Positions 25,625 to 36,859 of a DNA stretch of 63,750 nucleotides are shown piece by piece (positions within the stretch are counted from its first letter, which is position 1; the number at the start of each line of letters is the position of its first letter). Both the position numbers and the translations under genes were made by a program. The stretch comes from Lama glama. Its lineage: Eukaryota. The notes beneath the pieces are model-generated. The model was not told the DNA's origin and did not search any database. It was given only the letters and a program-made list of their open reading frames with translations. Where the stretch lies: NCBI GenBank assembly GCA_028534125.1, contig CM052829.1:42844251-42908000 (forward strand), read 5' to 3'.

Positions 25625-27240
25625 ACTTGGCATCCATCCCCTTGTCAACTTGGCACCCATATGCATCTCCTTAAAACAAGCTTAATTGGAGCATCCATGT
25701 TGCTGCAAATGGCATTATGTTGTCGGTTTTTATGGCTGAGTAGTATTCCATCATATAAATATACCACATCTTCTTTATCCAGTCACCTGTTAATGGGCAT
25801 TTAGGCTGTTTCCATGTTTTGGCTATTGTAAATAGTGCTGCTATGAACATTGGGGTGCAGGTGTCATTCTAAGTGAAGTAAGCCAAAAAGAGAAAGAAAA
25901 ATACCACATGAGATCGCTCATATGCGGAATCTAAAAAACAAAAACAAAAACAAACAAGCAAACAAAAACAAAGCACAAATACAGGACAGAAATAGACTCA
26001 CAGAGAATACAGACTTGTGGTTACCAGGGGGGTGGAGGGTGGGAAGGAATAGACTGGGATTTTAAAATTGTAGAATAGATAAACAAGATTACACTGTATA
26101 GCACAGGGAAATATACACAAAATGTTATGATAACTCACAGAGAAAAAAATGTGACAATGAGTGTGTATATGTCCATGAATGACTGAAAAATTGTGCTGAA
26201 TACTGGAATTTGACACAACATTGTAAAATGATTATAAATCAATAAAAAATGTTAATAAAAAAATCCGTGCATCCTCAATGGAAAAAATAAATAAATAAAA
26301 CAAGCTTAATTGCTAAATAAAGACAATAACAAGGTCATGATTCTACCTACCATGATATAACTACCCTGCATACAAACAAAAAACACTAGCCCCTTCCACA
26401 AAAGAGGAGGCAGTGTCTTGGAGTGATGTTTACTCTTTTCCTTGTTGTCCCATAGCCTAAATTCTATGACGTAAAATTAATAATACTTAAACACTATGAA
26501 TAAAGCCAATATATCTTATTTTATATGAAAAAGGAATGAGAGATGGAAGAAAACAAAGATATTTGAGATACATACACATACTCATAATGAAATAAGTAAG
26601 AATACTTCTAACAATTACATCTTCATTTCTATAATTAGTCACATGATCATAGATGGTGACTACCTACTTCCACTCCCAATTCTGTATCCCTTTTGTCTTC
26701 AGCAAGTATCTCAGCTATCATGGTTCTCTACCTGGAGGAGTGACCCAAATCTTCATTCTTGAAAGGTCTGGAGCATTAGTAGTCTCGCCTGGATTGGGTT
26801 GTTGTAGCTTGCCATTGGCCTTAATCACAGGGCATGGTGATACTAAGGGATCTCCTATATTCCAGATATATTCTTCCATACCTCCACTGTGAAGCAGTGG
26901 TCCAATTTCCCCTTGGTAGTCAGGATCAGTCACAGCCAACACAGAAATTCCCTTCTTTGCTTATTGATTTAGATGCATGAGGAGCCCACTGTAGCTAGGC
27001 AGCAGTTTTACCTTCCAACTCAATGGAATCATTGCTGTGTCTCCTGGTGGAAGCATTCCACCCTTTGGAACTAAGATCTCAAGATCAGCAGAACATAAGG
27101 TTACATAGACAGGAAGCAAAATTTTTGCTAGTAGGTCACTAGGGATAACAGTAAGTGGCAACACTCCCAATTTCTACCCCTTGATTCCTGGACTCACAAA
27201 TCCTGGCTATGGAAGACATAAAATCATATATTAGGTATCT
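25625..27240 (-). mobile_element. ERVL internal remnant including degenerate dUTPase region, interrupted by an L1
   Basis: Peptides DPDYQGEIGPLLHSGG...PVIKANGKLQQPNPG and LVPKGGMLPPGDTAMIPLSWK resemble the ERVL dUTPase; adjacent to an MLT2 LTR in the matching orientation. Confidence 0.8.
25689..26296 (+). mobile_element. Young L1 with 5' inversion (twin priming) and short 3' extension, 16-bp TSD
   Basis: TSD aaaacaagcttaattg at 25673-25688 and 26297-26312; 25689-25865 antisense, 25866-26263 sense. Confidence 0.9.
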
Positions 27241-27979
27241 AATTAATAACCAGATTTTCCTGTTATATTAGGAAATTAATTCAGTGATCAGAATTTGGTC
27301 ACTGATAATATACAAATACTGAAGCACACGTATTCATGTATATTTCTATTTTTTCTTATTGAGCTAATATTTTAAAAATATATTGATACAAACATGAAGT
27401 TCTATTAAGGCTCATTTATTACAAATATATATTTACAATCAAATAGTCTGTCTAGTAAATGTGATTAAACTTCATTGTTTTAAAAATATCTTCTAATGCA
27501 GAGGCTATAAAGTACTCTATTTAGGGGTGGGAGATTTGGAAATGTGATTGACCACCAGAGTGAATACGAGATACTTTGCAAAATTGTCATGAATGAACAA
27601 CATGACTTATGTGTTCAGGTCATTCTAGTCAGGCATGCAAAGTTTATGGACATTAGGAGTTAACTTACTACCTTTTTAAATATATTAAAGAATTGGGAAA
27701 GCAGAAGTATAAGTTTCCACTGATGTATCAATGGAAAAAGCATTTAAAGCAGATGTGTATTTGCATTATATAAATTCAATGTAACAAATGTACTGAGTAA
27801 CTACTAAGGTCAAGTACTTCTGAGTATAGAAATACAATAAGACACAGTTCACATTCTCCATGAGGTTATCATCTCACAGGTGTGTGTTTGGGGGAGTATA
27901 AGAGATACATTCTAATTACTTTAATGAAAAGTGAGGTAAAACAGAGGAAAGTGCCATTTAAGATAGCAAGTCTAACACA

Positions 27980-29110
27980 TGATTAGATCTGCTCCTTCCT
28001 GAAATCTCCACAAAATGACAGTAAAAAGATTTTTTAAAAGATACATGAAACATAAAGAACAGGAGGGAAGAAAACAGTAAGAATATTGAAAACTGGAAAG
28101 CAGATGGACTAATGATAACTGACTGGGCACAACCAGGAAAGCTGAATCCTAAGCCTGCAGTGGAGGGTAGGGGGGAGGTGGGGAAAGCAAATAAATTACG
28201 TTATAGAACTTTCAAATAACCCACAAAGTGGGGAACTTCAGGTACCTCTGAAAATGGAGGTGGAGGAGATTAAAAGAGAATAATTGTTTGAAAGTCTGTT
28301 TACAATATCCTCCCTACAACTCTGTCCTACTCTAACTCCAGCAGAATATCCCTGAAGTTCTGATCTCTGGAGAAAGTGAAATAGAGGGAGTCTGGGCCAA
28401 GAGGCACAAGCATATTTGAGGGCAGGAGTGTTTTACTGAAAATAGGGTAATTAAATAATGATTCACTAACTAAATGTGAAGACTGATAGTCTTTTTCCAT
28501 TGCTAGAATCTCAGAATGTTGGCAGATTCTTCTCTGAAGAGTGTGATCTGCCCAAGAGAATAGAGCTAAAATATTAATGTTTTCAATTCTTTGTTTTGGG
28601 TGACCATTCTGTGCATTGTAAGATGTTTAGCATTCCTGGTCTCTACCCACTAGATGTCAGCAGCACTTCTTTCCTAGTTGTGACAACCAAAAATGTTTCC
28701 AGACATTGGCAATGTCCTCAGTGGAGGGGGATAAATTGCCCCCAGGTGATAATCATTGGCCTATAGTGATTCTCTACAGTCAAACAGCCCTATACATGAG
28801 TTTCCATACAGCTCTGTAGTACTGCTCTCTTAAATATAAGCAGAGTCAAAATTCACCAGACATCCAAGGAAAAATGAAGAAAAAAGCAACTTGGAGGAAA
28901 CAGGCTAAGAGGAAAAAGAAAACTTAAAAAAAAAAGTAGCATCTACAAAACAAGAACTATTAGAAATGTAAAATACAGCAGCAGAAATGAAAAACCTAGT
29001 AGAAGCACTGGAGAACAAAGTTAATGAAATCTGAAAATAGGATAAAAAGACACAGAGATGAAAAAATAAGAGAGGACACAGAAGATTAGAAAATTAAAGT
29101 AACAGCCTAG
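27980..29110 (+). mobile_element. Ancient HAL1/L1ME-like 5'/ORF1 remnant
   Basis: Motifs such as ggaaagcagatggactaatgataactgact...gctgaatcctaagcc and an A-rich ORF1-like stretch; family uncertain. Confidence 0.45.
28583..28762. mobile_element. MER20-like hAT-Charlie DNA transposon
   Basis: gtgcattgtaagatgtttagcattcctggtctctacccactagatg...gttgtgacaaccaaaaatgtttccagacattg. Confidence 0.8.
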
Positions 29111-29116
29111 GAGGAC

Positions 29117-30340
29117 TATATTAGGAAAGAGCTTAAGCTGCTATAACAAAGAGACTCCAAAATATAGTGGCTTAAATAGCAAAGAAGTTTATTTCTCTAT
29201 AGCCTGGGGTAGGTAGATGGTTCTGCTTTATGCCAGCTGGTTCTGTCACACTAAACATGTTGTATCCATATCCATCCCTGTATCCAGGGCTGCTGTTTCA
29301 ATTGTTAACATTTTCTAACTAGCAGGAAGGAGGTCAATAAAAGTCACAACTTAAAGATATGGCTCATAAGGTACATGCATCATTTCTGTTCACATCTAGC
29401 TGCAAGGGACACTGGGGGAATGCAGTCCTGTCCACGTGGTCATATGCTCAGCTGAAACTCAGGAGAGAGTTATTAAGATGAAGGAGAGAATGGATATTGA
29501 AGGATGCTGAACAATTTCCACAATAAGGTCTAACATCCAAATAAAAGGAGGTCCAGAGAGAACCAGAGAAAATAGTGAGGATGAAATCAGCAAATAAATA
29601 TGCATTAGGGTGACTTAAGTTTTGCTGTGGCGACAATCCCTAAATCTAAATAGCTTATAAAAACAAAGGTTTATTTCTTGTTCAAGTTGCATGTCTGTCA
29701 CAGGTCAGTCAGCTGGGGGTTCTGTTCCATGCATTCTCACTTAGGCCAACAAAACTTCCACCATCTAGAAAAGTGTTAGTCATTGTGGGGAGGGAGGAGG
29801 GGGTGGGACCCCCTGGTAAACCATACAATTACCTCTAAAGATTCCATCTGTCAATTCTGCTTATATTTTGCTGGCCAAATTAAGTCAAATGGCTAACCTA
29901 ACCAAGTCAGGGCAAATTTCAAGGGCACAGCAAAGTGCAATCCTATTAAATGCACAGGAGAAAAACTGGAAATATTTAGGAAAAGATATTTATGACTACC
30001 ACCTAAACCATTTAGGTCACAGACACCTAAATATTTGGTTCACTCTCCTTCCTGCAGGCAAAATATACCTACCTCCCCACCCTACATCGAGGAAGACAAA
30101 CCCAAAGTCCCATCTTGTCGTTTTATAAAGCTCAAAGTCTAGACTCTTTGGGTGAGTCAGACTCCTCTGGGTGATATTTGGTAGTCTCAACAACAGGTTC
30201 AAATATGGCTCTTCTTGGTTCAGAGACCTATGAACTAAAAAGCTAAGTTATCTGTCCTCATATACCAATATATGATGGTGGAAGAGGGTCAGTATAAGCT
30301 CAAAAACAGGAAGAACAGAGACACATAGCAGACAGTAGCC
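29117..30340. mobile_element. Old MaLR (MLT1-type) LTR fragments and internal sequence
   Basis: Two MLT1-like starts (tatattaggaaagagcttaagctgctataacaaa; tgcattagggtgacttaagttttgctgtgg) and MLT-int-like sequence at about 30050-30330. Confidence 0.55.
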
Positions 30341-30394
30341 CACTGCAAAAATGTAATAGAACAGTGGTTTCCAAACTACTTCTTTTCCCTAGTA

Positions 30395-31500
30395 GAATAA
30401 ACCTTAATTTGATTTGTCTGATGCCGTCTCATGATTAGAATCAGGCTATGCATCTTTGGCAGGAATATAATAGAATTGGTGCTGTGTTCTTCTAACTGCA
30501 TACTATCAGGTGGCATATAATTTCTATTTGTCCCATTATGATGATATTCATGTTGATTATTTGATTAACATGGTATTTGACAAAATTCTCGACTGTACGC
30601 ATTTTTTTTCCATTTGCAGTTAATATGTATTTTTTTTGGTGGGGTGACTTTGAAAATATGTAAATATCTTAAGCCTCATGAAACATTCAACTTATTCATT
30701 TATTTAAATATATCACCATAGGCTTATGGTTCCGTTTTATTCAATGGGTTATGACCCATTAACCATCATTATTTATTTTGATGCTCAAATTGTCTCAGAT
30801 TTGGCCAGTGGGAGCCTAGTCAAGTTGGCTTCTGTACTTTCTTGACATATCTCCATTATTCTTTAAGCACTTCCTTACTTTTTGGTATAAAAAAATGATC
30901 CAGGCTAAACTTGTGCTTTTCCTGCCCCAGTGGCAGAATCAGCTATTTCTCCAAGGATTCTTTGCTCTTCTCAGTGGAGAATGATATTTAGAAGCCACAA
31001 TCTAGACACTATGTGTGCTCACTATTATTGGAGGGCTTCTGCTATTAGGCCTTCTCAGTGGATAGAGCTAGGGAAAATACACACACACATACACATACCT
31101 ATGTGAATGCATACATGTATATACAAATATACATACATATGCAATTACATCTATATTTATTTCTATATCTATATGTATTTCTAGCCATTGATATTGCTAA
31201 TTCTAATTGAACACTACAGAGTTCATTTTACTTTTCTCCCTTTTCATATTTGTAACTCCATTCTCTGATAGTGAGAAATCAGACTCCCATTATTCTTAAT
31301 TTATTTATTTATTTGATCAATCTTTCTGAATTTAAGCAAACTCCCAGTTACTGCTGTCCTCTCCCTTTCATGGAAACCCTTCTTACCCACTCAGCATAAA
31401 ACACTCTGCATCGGGATTCTCTACCACCACCACCATGTCCTCCTCTTCTTACCTGTACTCTGACACTCCTCTCTGGGCCTCTGACACCCCCACCCCCAAG
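30395..31500 (-). mobile_element. Old L1 (L1MC-like) 3' region
   Basis: Shares family motifs with 8415-8900 (gctcaaattgt...cagtgggagc...atcagctatttctccaagga). Confidence 0.65.
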
Positions 31501-31584
31501 CATAGATGTCTACCTTACTCTACTTGATCTAATGGCTTTAGGATGGAATTGTTCCAAGAAGGAAAGGGAAAAGAAGTTTGAGTG

Positions 31585-31687
31585 GTTTGTCCAGGATTTT
31601 CCAGGTTTTTGCACAGGATGCAGGTTTGTGCTGCACCCCAGGAATCCCTTCAGTCCCAAGCAAACCTGGACATTAGCCACCCTAGGA
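31585..31687. repeat. Copy 1 of a 103-bp direct repeat (MER81-like hAT remnant)
   Basis: 93/103 ungapped identity to 32348-32450 by hand alignment; ends in the TIR-like gccaccctag. Confidence 0.88.
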
Positions 31688-32347
31688 AAATAAGTTGTCT
31701 TAATTTCTTCAAATGCCATCATATAACTTTTAGGTCTTTCTAGGTAACCATTGTTAAGAGTTCTTTAGGCACCATTATGAGTAGATTGTTAAACCTCCAT
31801 GGGAAGTATTGTAGCACAATCAACAACATCGCAAATGCACATTCTCTCATACCTAGTAAGTCCAACTTCTAGGAATTTATCTTAAACACATACCAACCTT
31901 GTAGAGATAAAATTATTACCTACAATATTGTTTGTAACAGTAAAAGTAAAATTAAAGGAGCATATTAAAGAGATTATGGGACCTTTTCCTCATCCCATTA
32001 AGAACACAAAACAATAACCAGATTGGCTAAAAGGAACTCAAAGAGATTGGCTAAAAAGTAACTCTAAGAATCCCTAGAAACATAAATTAGCACAATAAGA
32101 TGAAAAGGAATTAGTACAGTAGCTCTGCAATTTACAAGGCAAAAATGAAAGCAGGATGACACAAAACAGCCAGGAAATAATTTTTTACCAAACTTGCTAG
32201 TCAGGTACTTGTCAGAAAACCGTTATCCAGGTCATTAGCTTAGTTTCTTTTTATAGCTCAGTATTGGTATCAGAACGCTTTTCACAGAGTGTCCCCAACG
32301 ACTGCCTTGAGCATGTCAGAAACTGGATGGGACTTTGAAGTTAACCA

Positions 32348-32450
32348 GTTTGGCCAGGATTTTGCAGATTTTTGCATTGCATGCAGGTTTGTGATGCACC
32401 TCAGGGACCCCTTCAGTCCCAAGCAAACCTGGACATTAGCCACCCTAGGA
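32348..32450. repeat. Copy 2 of the 103-bp direct repeat (MER81-like hAT remnant)
   Basis: Last 42 bp identical to copy 1. Confidence 0.88.
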
Positions 32451-32477
32451 CCAGGCTACGGAGCGAGAGAATTTAGA

Positions 32478-32668
32478 CTGGCGCTGTCCAACACAGCACT
32501 GCTACCCGATAGAGTTACGTACATTCAAATTAAATAAAATTAAAGATTCAGTTCCTCGATCTCAGTAGCCATATTACAAGTGTTCAACAGTCAAAGTGGT
32601 TAGCGGCTACCGTATTAGCTCAGATATAGAATCTTTCTATCACCTCAGGAAGTCTATGGACAGCGCTG
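32478..32668. mobile_element. MER3/MER33-like hAT-Charlie element
   Basis: Inverted termini ctggcgctgtcca ... tggacagcgctg; internal gtggttagcggctaccgtatt. Confidence 0.75.
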
Positions 32669-33094
32669 ACACAGTTTAGCGTTTAAAAAAAAAGCTTGTA
32701 AGCCACTAGGCTCCACTACTATAAATAATCAACAGACGTTATTATTCTTTCCAAATAGTCTGAGGGAGGAATTACACTAAGAAACACCAAGCAAAAATTA
32801 TGCAAAGGCACCTGCTAGCAGGCTTTCTCAGGGAACTCACCCGTAATTCCCACGGTGGAGGCCGTCCGTCCTTCTGTGGTACAGAACTCCTCAGACTTCT
32901 AGAATTCAGCGAACTTCCAAGAGGTGGTCGACCGAGGACAAGACCACCGAGATTTCATTGTACAAAGCGGCGGTCGCCTGTATTCATATGGCGAGTGAGC
33001 CTCGGCCCAGTGTTCCCCAGCCGGACGCTACCCGGGTCTAGCGCTCCCCTCAGTCAGGCGCTCGGCACCGGCTGGGAGCGCGAAGCCGCCGGTG

Positions 33095-33250
33095 TGTGCG
33101 CGCTCCCGCATGCGCGCCTGCGCGCGGCGTGCGGCGCGAGAGAGCCCGGTAGCCAATGGGGCGGGGCGCCGCGCGCCGGGGGCGGGGTCGTGACGCGCGC
33201 GCCTCGTGATCAGGCTCGCGGCCTGCGCCTGAGGAAGCCGGAAGCGGCGG
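33095..33250 (+). promoter_or_regulatory. TATA-less core/proximal promoter: NRF1-like, CCAAT, GC boxes, TCGTGA pair, ETS/GABP sites
   Basis: cgcatgcgcg 33107-33116; agccaatggg 33151-33160; ggggcgggg at 33158 and 33179; TCGTGA at 33188 and 33204; gaggaagccggaag 33231-33244. Confidence 0.7.
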
Positions 33251-33316
33251 CTGTCCACAGCACAGACTGGGGTCAGAGAGGAGGCGGTCTGCGCCTTGGG
33301 GTTTATGAACCCCGCG

Positions 33317-33724
33317 ATGGACCCGGACCTGACGGTCGCGCGACAGAGGTCATCGTTGCTGCTGCTGCGGCTGCTGCTGCTGGTGGCGCTGCTGTGGTCG
33401 GGGCTGGCTCTGGGCACCTTCTCCTTGGGCAGCAGTCCCCACCGAGTCCTCCACGACCTCCTGTCGGAGCAGCAGTTGCTGGAGGTGGAGGATTTGTCTC
33501 TGGCTTTACTGCAGGGCGAAAGGATGGGGCCACTGTCGTTACCCCCATACTTGCCGGATCTGGATCCCGAGTGCCGGGAGCTGCTGCTGGACTTCGCCAA
33601 CAGCAGCGCAGAGCTGACCGGGTGTCTAGTGCGGGGCGCCCGGCCGGTGCGCCTTTGTCAGACCTGCTACCCGCTCTTCCAACAGGTCGCCAACAAGATG
33701 GACAACATCAGCCGAGCCGTGGGG
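33317..33724 (+). CDS. OSTM1: OSTM1 coding exon 1 (signal peptide and start of luminal domain)
   Basis: ATG in strong Kozak context (gcgATGG). Reads [33 protein letters not shown]...[54 protein letters not shown]. Donor gtgggt at 33725, phase 0. Confidence 0.96.
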
Positions 33725-34119
33725 GTGGGTAGAAGAGCACACTCGGGACCTCTGGCGTGGATGGTTGGGAAGGGAGGAGGATGTAACGATGGTTAACTCT
33801 GGGGGCCTCAGTTTCCAGATCTGTGAAAAGGGGGTTGGATTTGGACTGTAGAGTTAGGGGCATCAGAAAAATGGGTGTTACAGGGCTTGGGGTGCGGATT
33901 TTTACCTTCTTGGCTGCTGTTGGGCATCTTCTTTGTACATATTTGCAGATTGATATGACTAGCTTTCTTGGGGCTTCTGCACCGCTAACCCTACCTTTTC
34001 TTCTCTTCTTTTCCCCCTTTCCCCCAACTCTACCACAGCTTCTTCCCATCTTCACTTGGAGTTCCCAGGAAAGACCTTTCCTGAAATCCCCAAGTGGAGT
34101 GGGGAAACAAGAGTATTGG

Positions 34120-34470
34120 CTAGGAGCTTGAGTTTGTAGCCAGACATTTTCAAGTCCACCACTTTCTAGCAGTTTGATCTTGGATTAATTATCTTGGAGT
34201 CTTAGTTTCCTCCTCTGTGAAATGGAGAAAAATAGCTGCCTGATGTGGCTATTAAAAGAATTAAAATAGATAATGCATGAGAGTTCGTTTTAGTGATTAA
34301 AACAGTCTGGAGCCATTCTGCCAGGAGACCAGTTCTCTGCTTATTAGTGGTGTACTCTGGTCAGGTTACTTTTTATTCTCTGTGCCTGTTTTCTCATTTG
34401 TAAGATGGGAATAAAAGGAACTCATAGAAAACTGGCACATAATGATAGTTTTCAGTAAATAGGAGCTAAC
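34120..34470 (+). mobile_element. MIR SINE fragments
   Basis: Core motifs cttagtttcctcctctgtgaaatgg and ctgtttt-ctcatttgtaagatgggaataa. Confidence 0.65.
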
Positions 34471-35794
34471 ATTTTATGAAATGGTAAATCTGCCCTCCAC
34501 TGTTGATAGATACTCTTAACAGCTCTTCTGGTCATGTGGTAGGTGCTGTGAGGGACTTAAAGAAGGAAGGAATGGAAGGAAGGCTGGAAAGCAGGAAGGC
34601 AGGAAGGAAGGAAGAGAGAAAGGGAGAAACAAAGAAAGGGAGAAAGAAAGAAAAGCAAAGCAAGGCACAGAGACATGTGCCTGCTCCTAAGAGCTGTATA
34701 GGATCTGGAGTAGGAAAGGATTAGAGTGTCAGGGCTGGTGGGAGTCATGAGGTGTGGGCTGGATATGCCTTGTAAGGGAAAAACATGTGGAATGACATTG
34801 GGACTGTGGAGTGGAAAAGTTCCTCTTGCATTGGGGAAAAAGTCTCATGAAAATGTGGTTGGAATTATTTCATAAATCATGTTGATTTGGCAAAGTATAA
34901 ACATATAGTTGCATCCTGCTTTAAGTCAGCCTCATACTATTTAACATAAATTATATTTTTTACATATGCAGGGAGTTTATTTGCATTAAATAAACTCTGT
35001 GGTCAGTCTTTCTGTAAAAGCTAGTTTTCAAGGTAGTTTAAGTAAATTTAGACTTACATGCAGTATTTTTCAGGCATACTTATATTGGGTATAGCAAGGG
35101 ATGGAGATATATGTATATTCCCTTAAAGTAAAGCACCCAAAGCTTGTCCCTGTCAACAACAGCAGGGAATGATATGGCATCATATTCTGTTTTAAGCAAT
35201 TAGATAAGTTGCCCTGTGGCCAGAATGACCATGAATCATTACGCAAAGCTTGGATCTTTTGAGGGAGCGAATGTTTTCCTCATTTGTGTAGATACTGTGG
35301 AATTAAGAAGAGGTTAAAAAATGACTCCAAACTCTAGTGGTCCAGAATCATGGGCATCTGTGGGTCAATTATGGGCCAATACATATATGAATTTCCACAT
35401 GAATTCTCTACTGCTCATGGGAGGCTTCCCAGTTGGGGTGGCAGAAACTTGCTTCTCCTTTGTGTCTCTCAGATTCTACCAGTGACCTAGACATCTGGTT
35501 TGCCTAACTGTTATGTGAAAGGAACAGGGTAAAGAGATAAAAAGAGGCAGAAGATCCCTTTACCTGATCTGTATTTCCTCTCCAACTCATCGTAGACCTT
35601 GGTTTTTCCCTCCTCCTTTCCTCAGTAGAGCTGGGTATGGTAACTCAAAAGCATGATTTCTACAGTTCTGAGGTACTTCATGAATTTAGTAGGCTTTTTC
35701 AGATTGGTTTGGGAATGGAACCATTATGTGTAATAATGAATCTGTGGAAAAATGTGTCTGAGTTTCTTTGGCGTGAACTTGAAGAAATCAGTGT

Positions 35795-35796
<2 letters not shown>

Positions 35797-35877
<81 letters not shown>
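35797..35877 (+). repeat. Compound microsatellite (TC)21(TG)19 in OSTM1 intron 1
   Basis: Direct inspection. Confidence 0.95.
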
Positions 35878-35879
<2 letters not shown>

Positions 35880-36859
35880 CAGGGAGTTGGTTCTGGAGAG
35901 TAATGTATTTTCTTTGATTCACATAGACTCAGTCTTTCATTTAAATCTATTTAGTTTAGTTAGCTAGCACATGCTATTCTTAAATATTGGGCTGGTAAAA
36001 GAATATAGAAGGAAAAGGAGGAAAAGTACAGGCCTCAAACTATCAGTGTAATTGGGGAAATAAAATAAATCTATATTGAGAAAAAGAAAAAATCATCAAA
36101 GTGAATGTTACAAATTGTACAATAGGATTTTAGAACAAAAGTGAAGGAGAAGCTGAATTAGAGGAGGGAATAGAGCAAGGTGGGAAAACCTACAAGCAGA
36201 ATTGTGAACAAGAAATCGTTTCTCACCTCTTTACGGTGAATCCATATCCATAGATTGATTGAGAAAGGAGAGAAGTATAACACGGAGAAAAAGAATCAAA
36301 AGTAGAAATTAACAAGCTATTTCTGTGATACAGCAAGCTAATTTATTTAAATATAATAGAATTATCTGATGAGAATTCTGTTTTCTTGTCACTTTCTCTT
36401 GGAATTACTGGGACAAGGACCCCATATAGTTTTATTATCTCAAGGTAAAGAATATAGTAATTAGTGAAACTTGAATAGTGGAATTAATGGATTCTCTCTT
36501 ACTTACTAAGAGTCATACTTTCTTTTAGTCTAAACTGATAAGGATATGGTTTCCTTGAGTTGTTCAGCATCACCAGAGCAGTTGTCAGCATGCTTTGGCA
36601 AACTCCCCCCACCCAATTCTGAATTGCTAATCTCTGTCTTATTCTACTTGGTTTGTTTAAAATTTAAATAGGTAGATAGATAGACATATAGATATGTATA
36701 TAAATTTATGGAGGTGCTAGTGATTGGGGGTGTGTATCTGGAAAATTCAACATAATTTTAGTGTAGGTTAATAAATAAGTTGTTAGGAATATAGGGAGAA
36801 AATTGAAACATAGCATAACATAATCTGTCTTTCATTAGAGATCAGAAAATATAAATCTT

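Larger units (their letters stand above)
32860..33770. promoter_or_regulatory. CpG island covering the OSTM1 promoter and exon 1
   Basis: Abrupt GC- and CpG-rich segment in an otherwise AT-rich, CpG-depleted window. Confidence 0.92.

Noticed and set aside
33028..33600. 190-aa and 81-aa antisense ORFs over exon 1
   Set aside because: Shadow ORFs of the GC-rich coding strand; the Ser/Ala runs mirror the CTG repeat.
32800..33732. 310-aa + strand ORF overlapping the promoter and exon 1
   Set aside because: Alternative frame of a GC-rich CpG island. Its only Met lies upstream of the likely TSS, and the peptide is low-complexity with no recognisable domain.
33725..33796. ORF-track extension of exon 1 (VGRRAHSG...) as a single-exon 166-aa protein
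   Set aside because: Read-through into intron 1. OSTM1 similarity stops at the donor at 33725 and resumes in exon 2.
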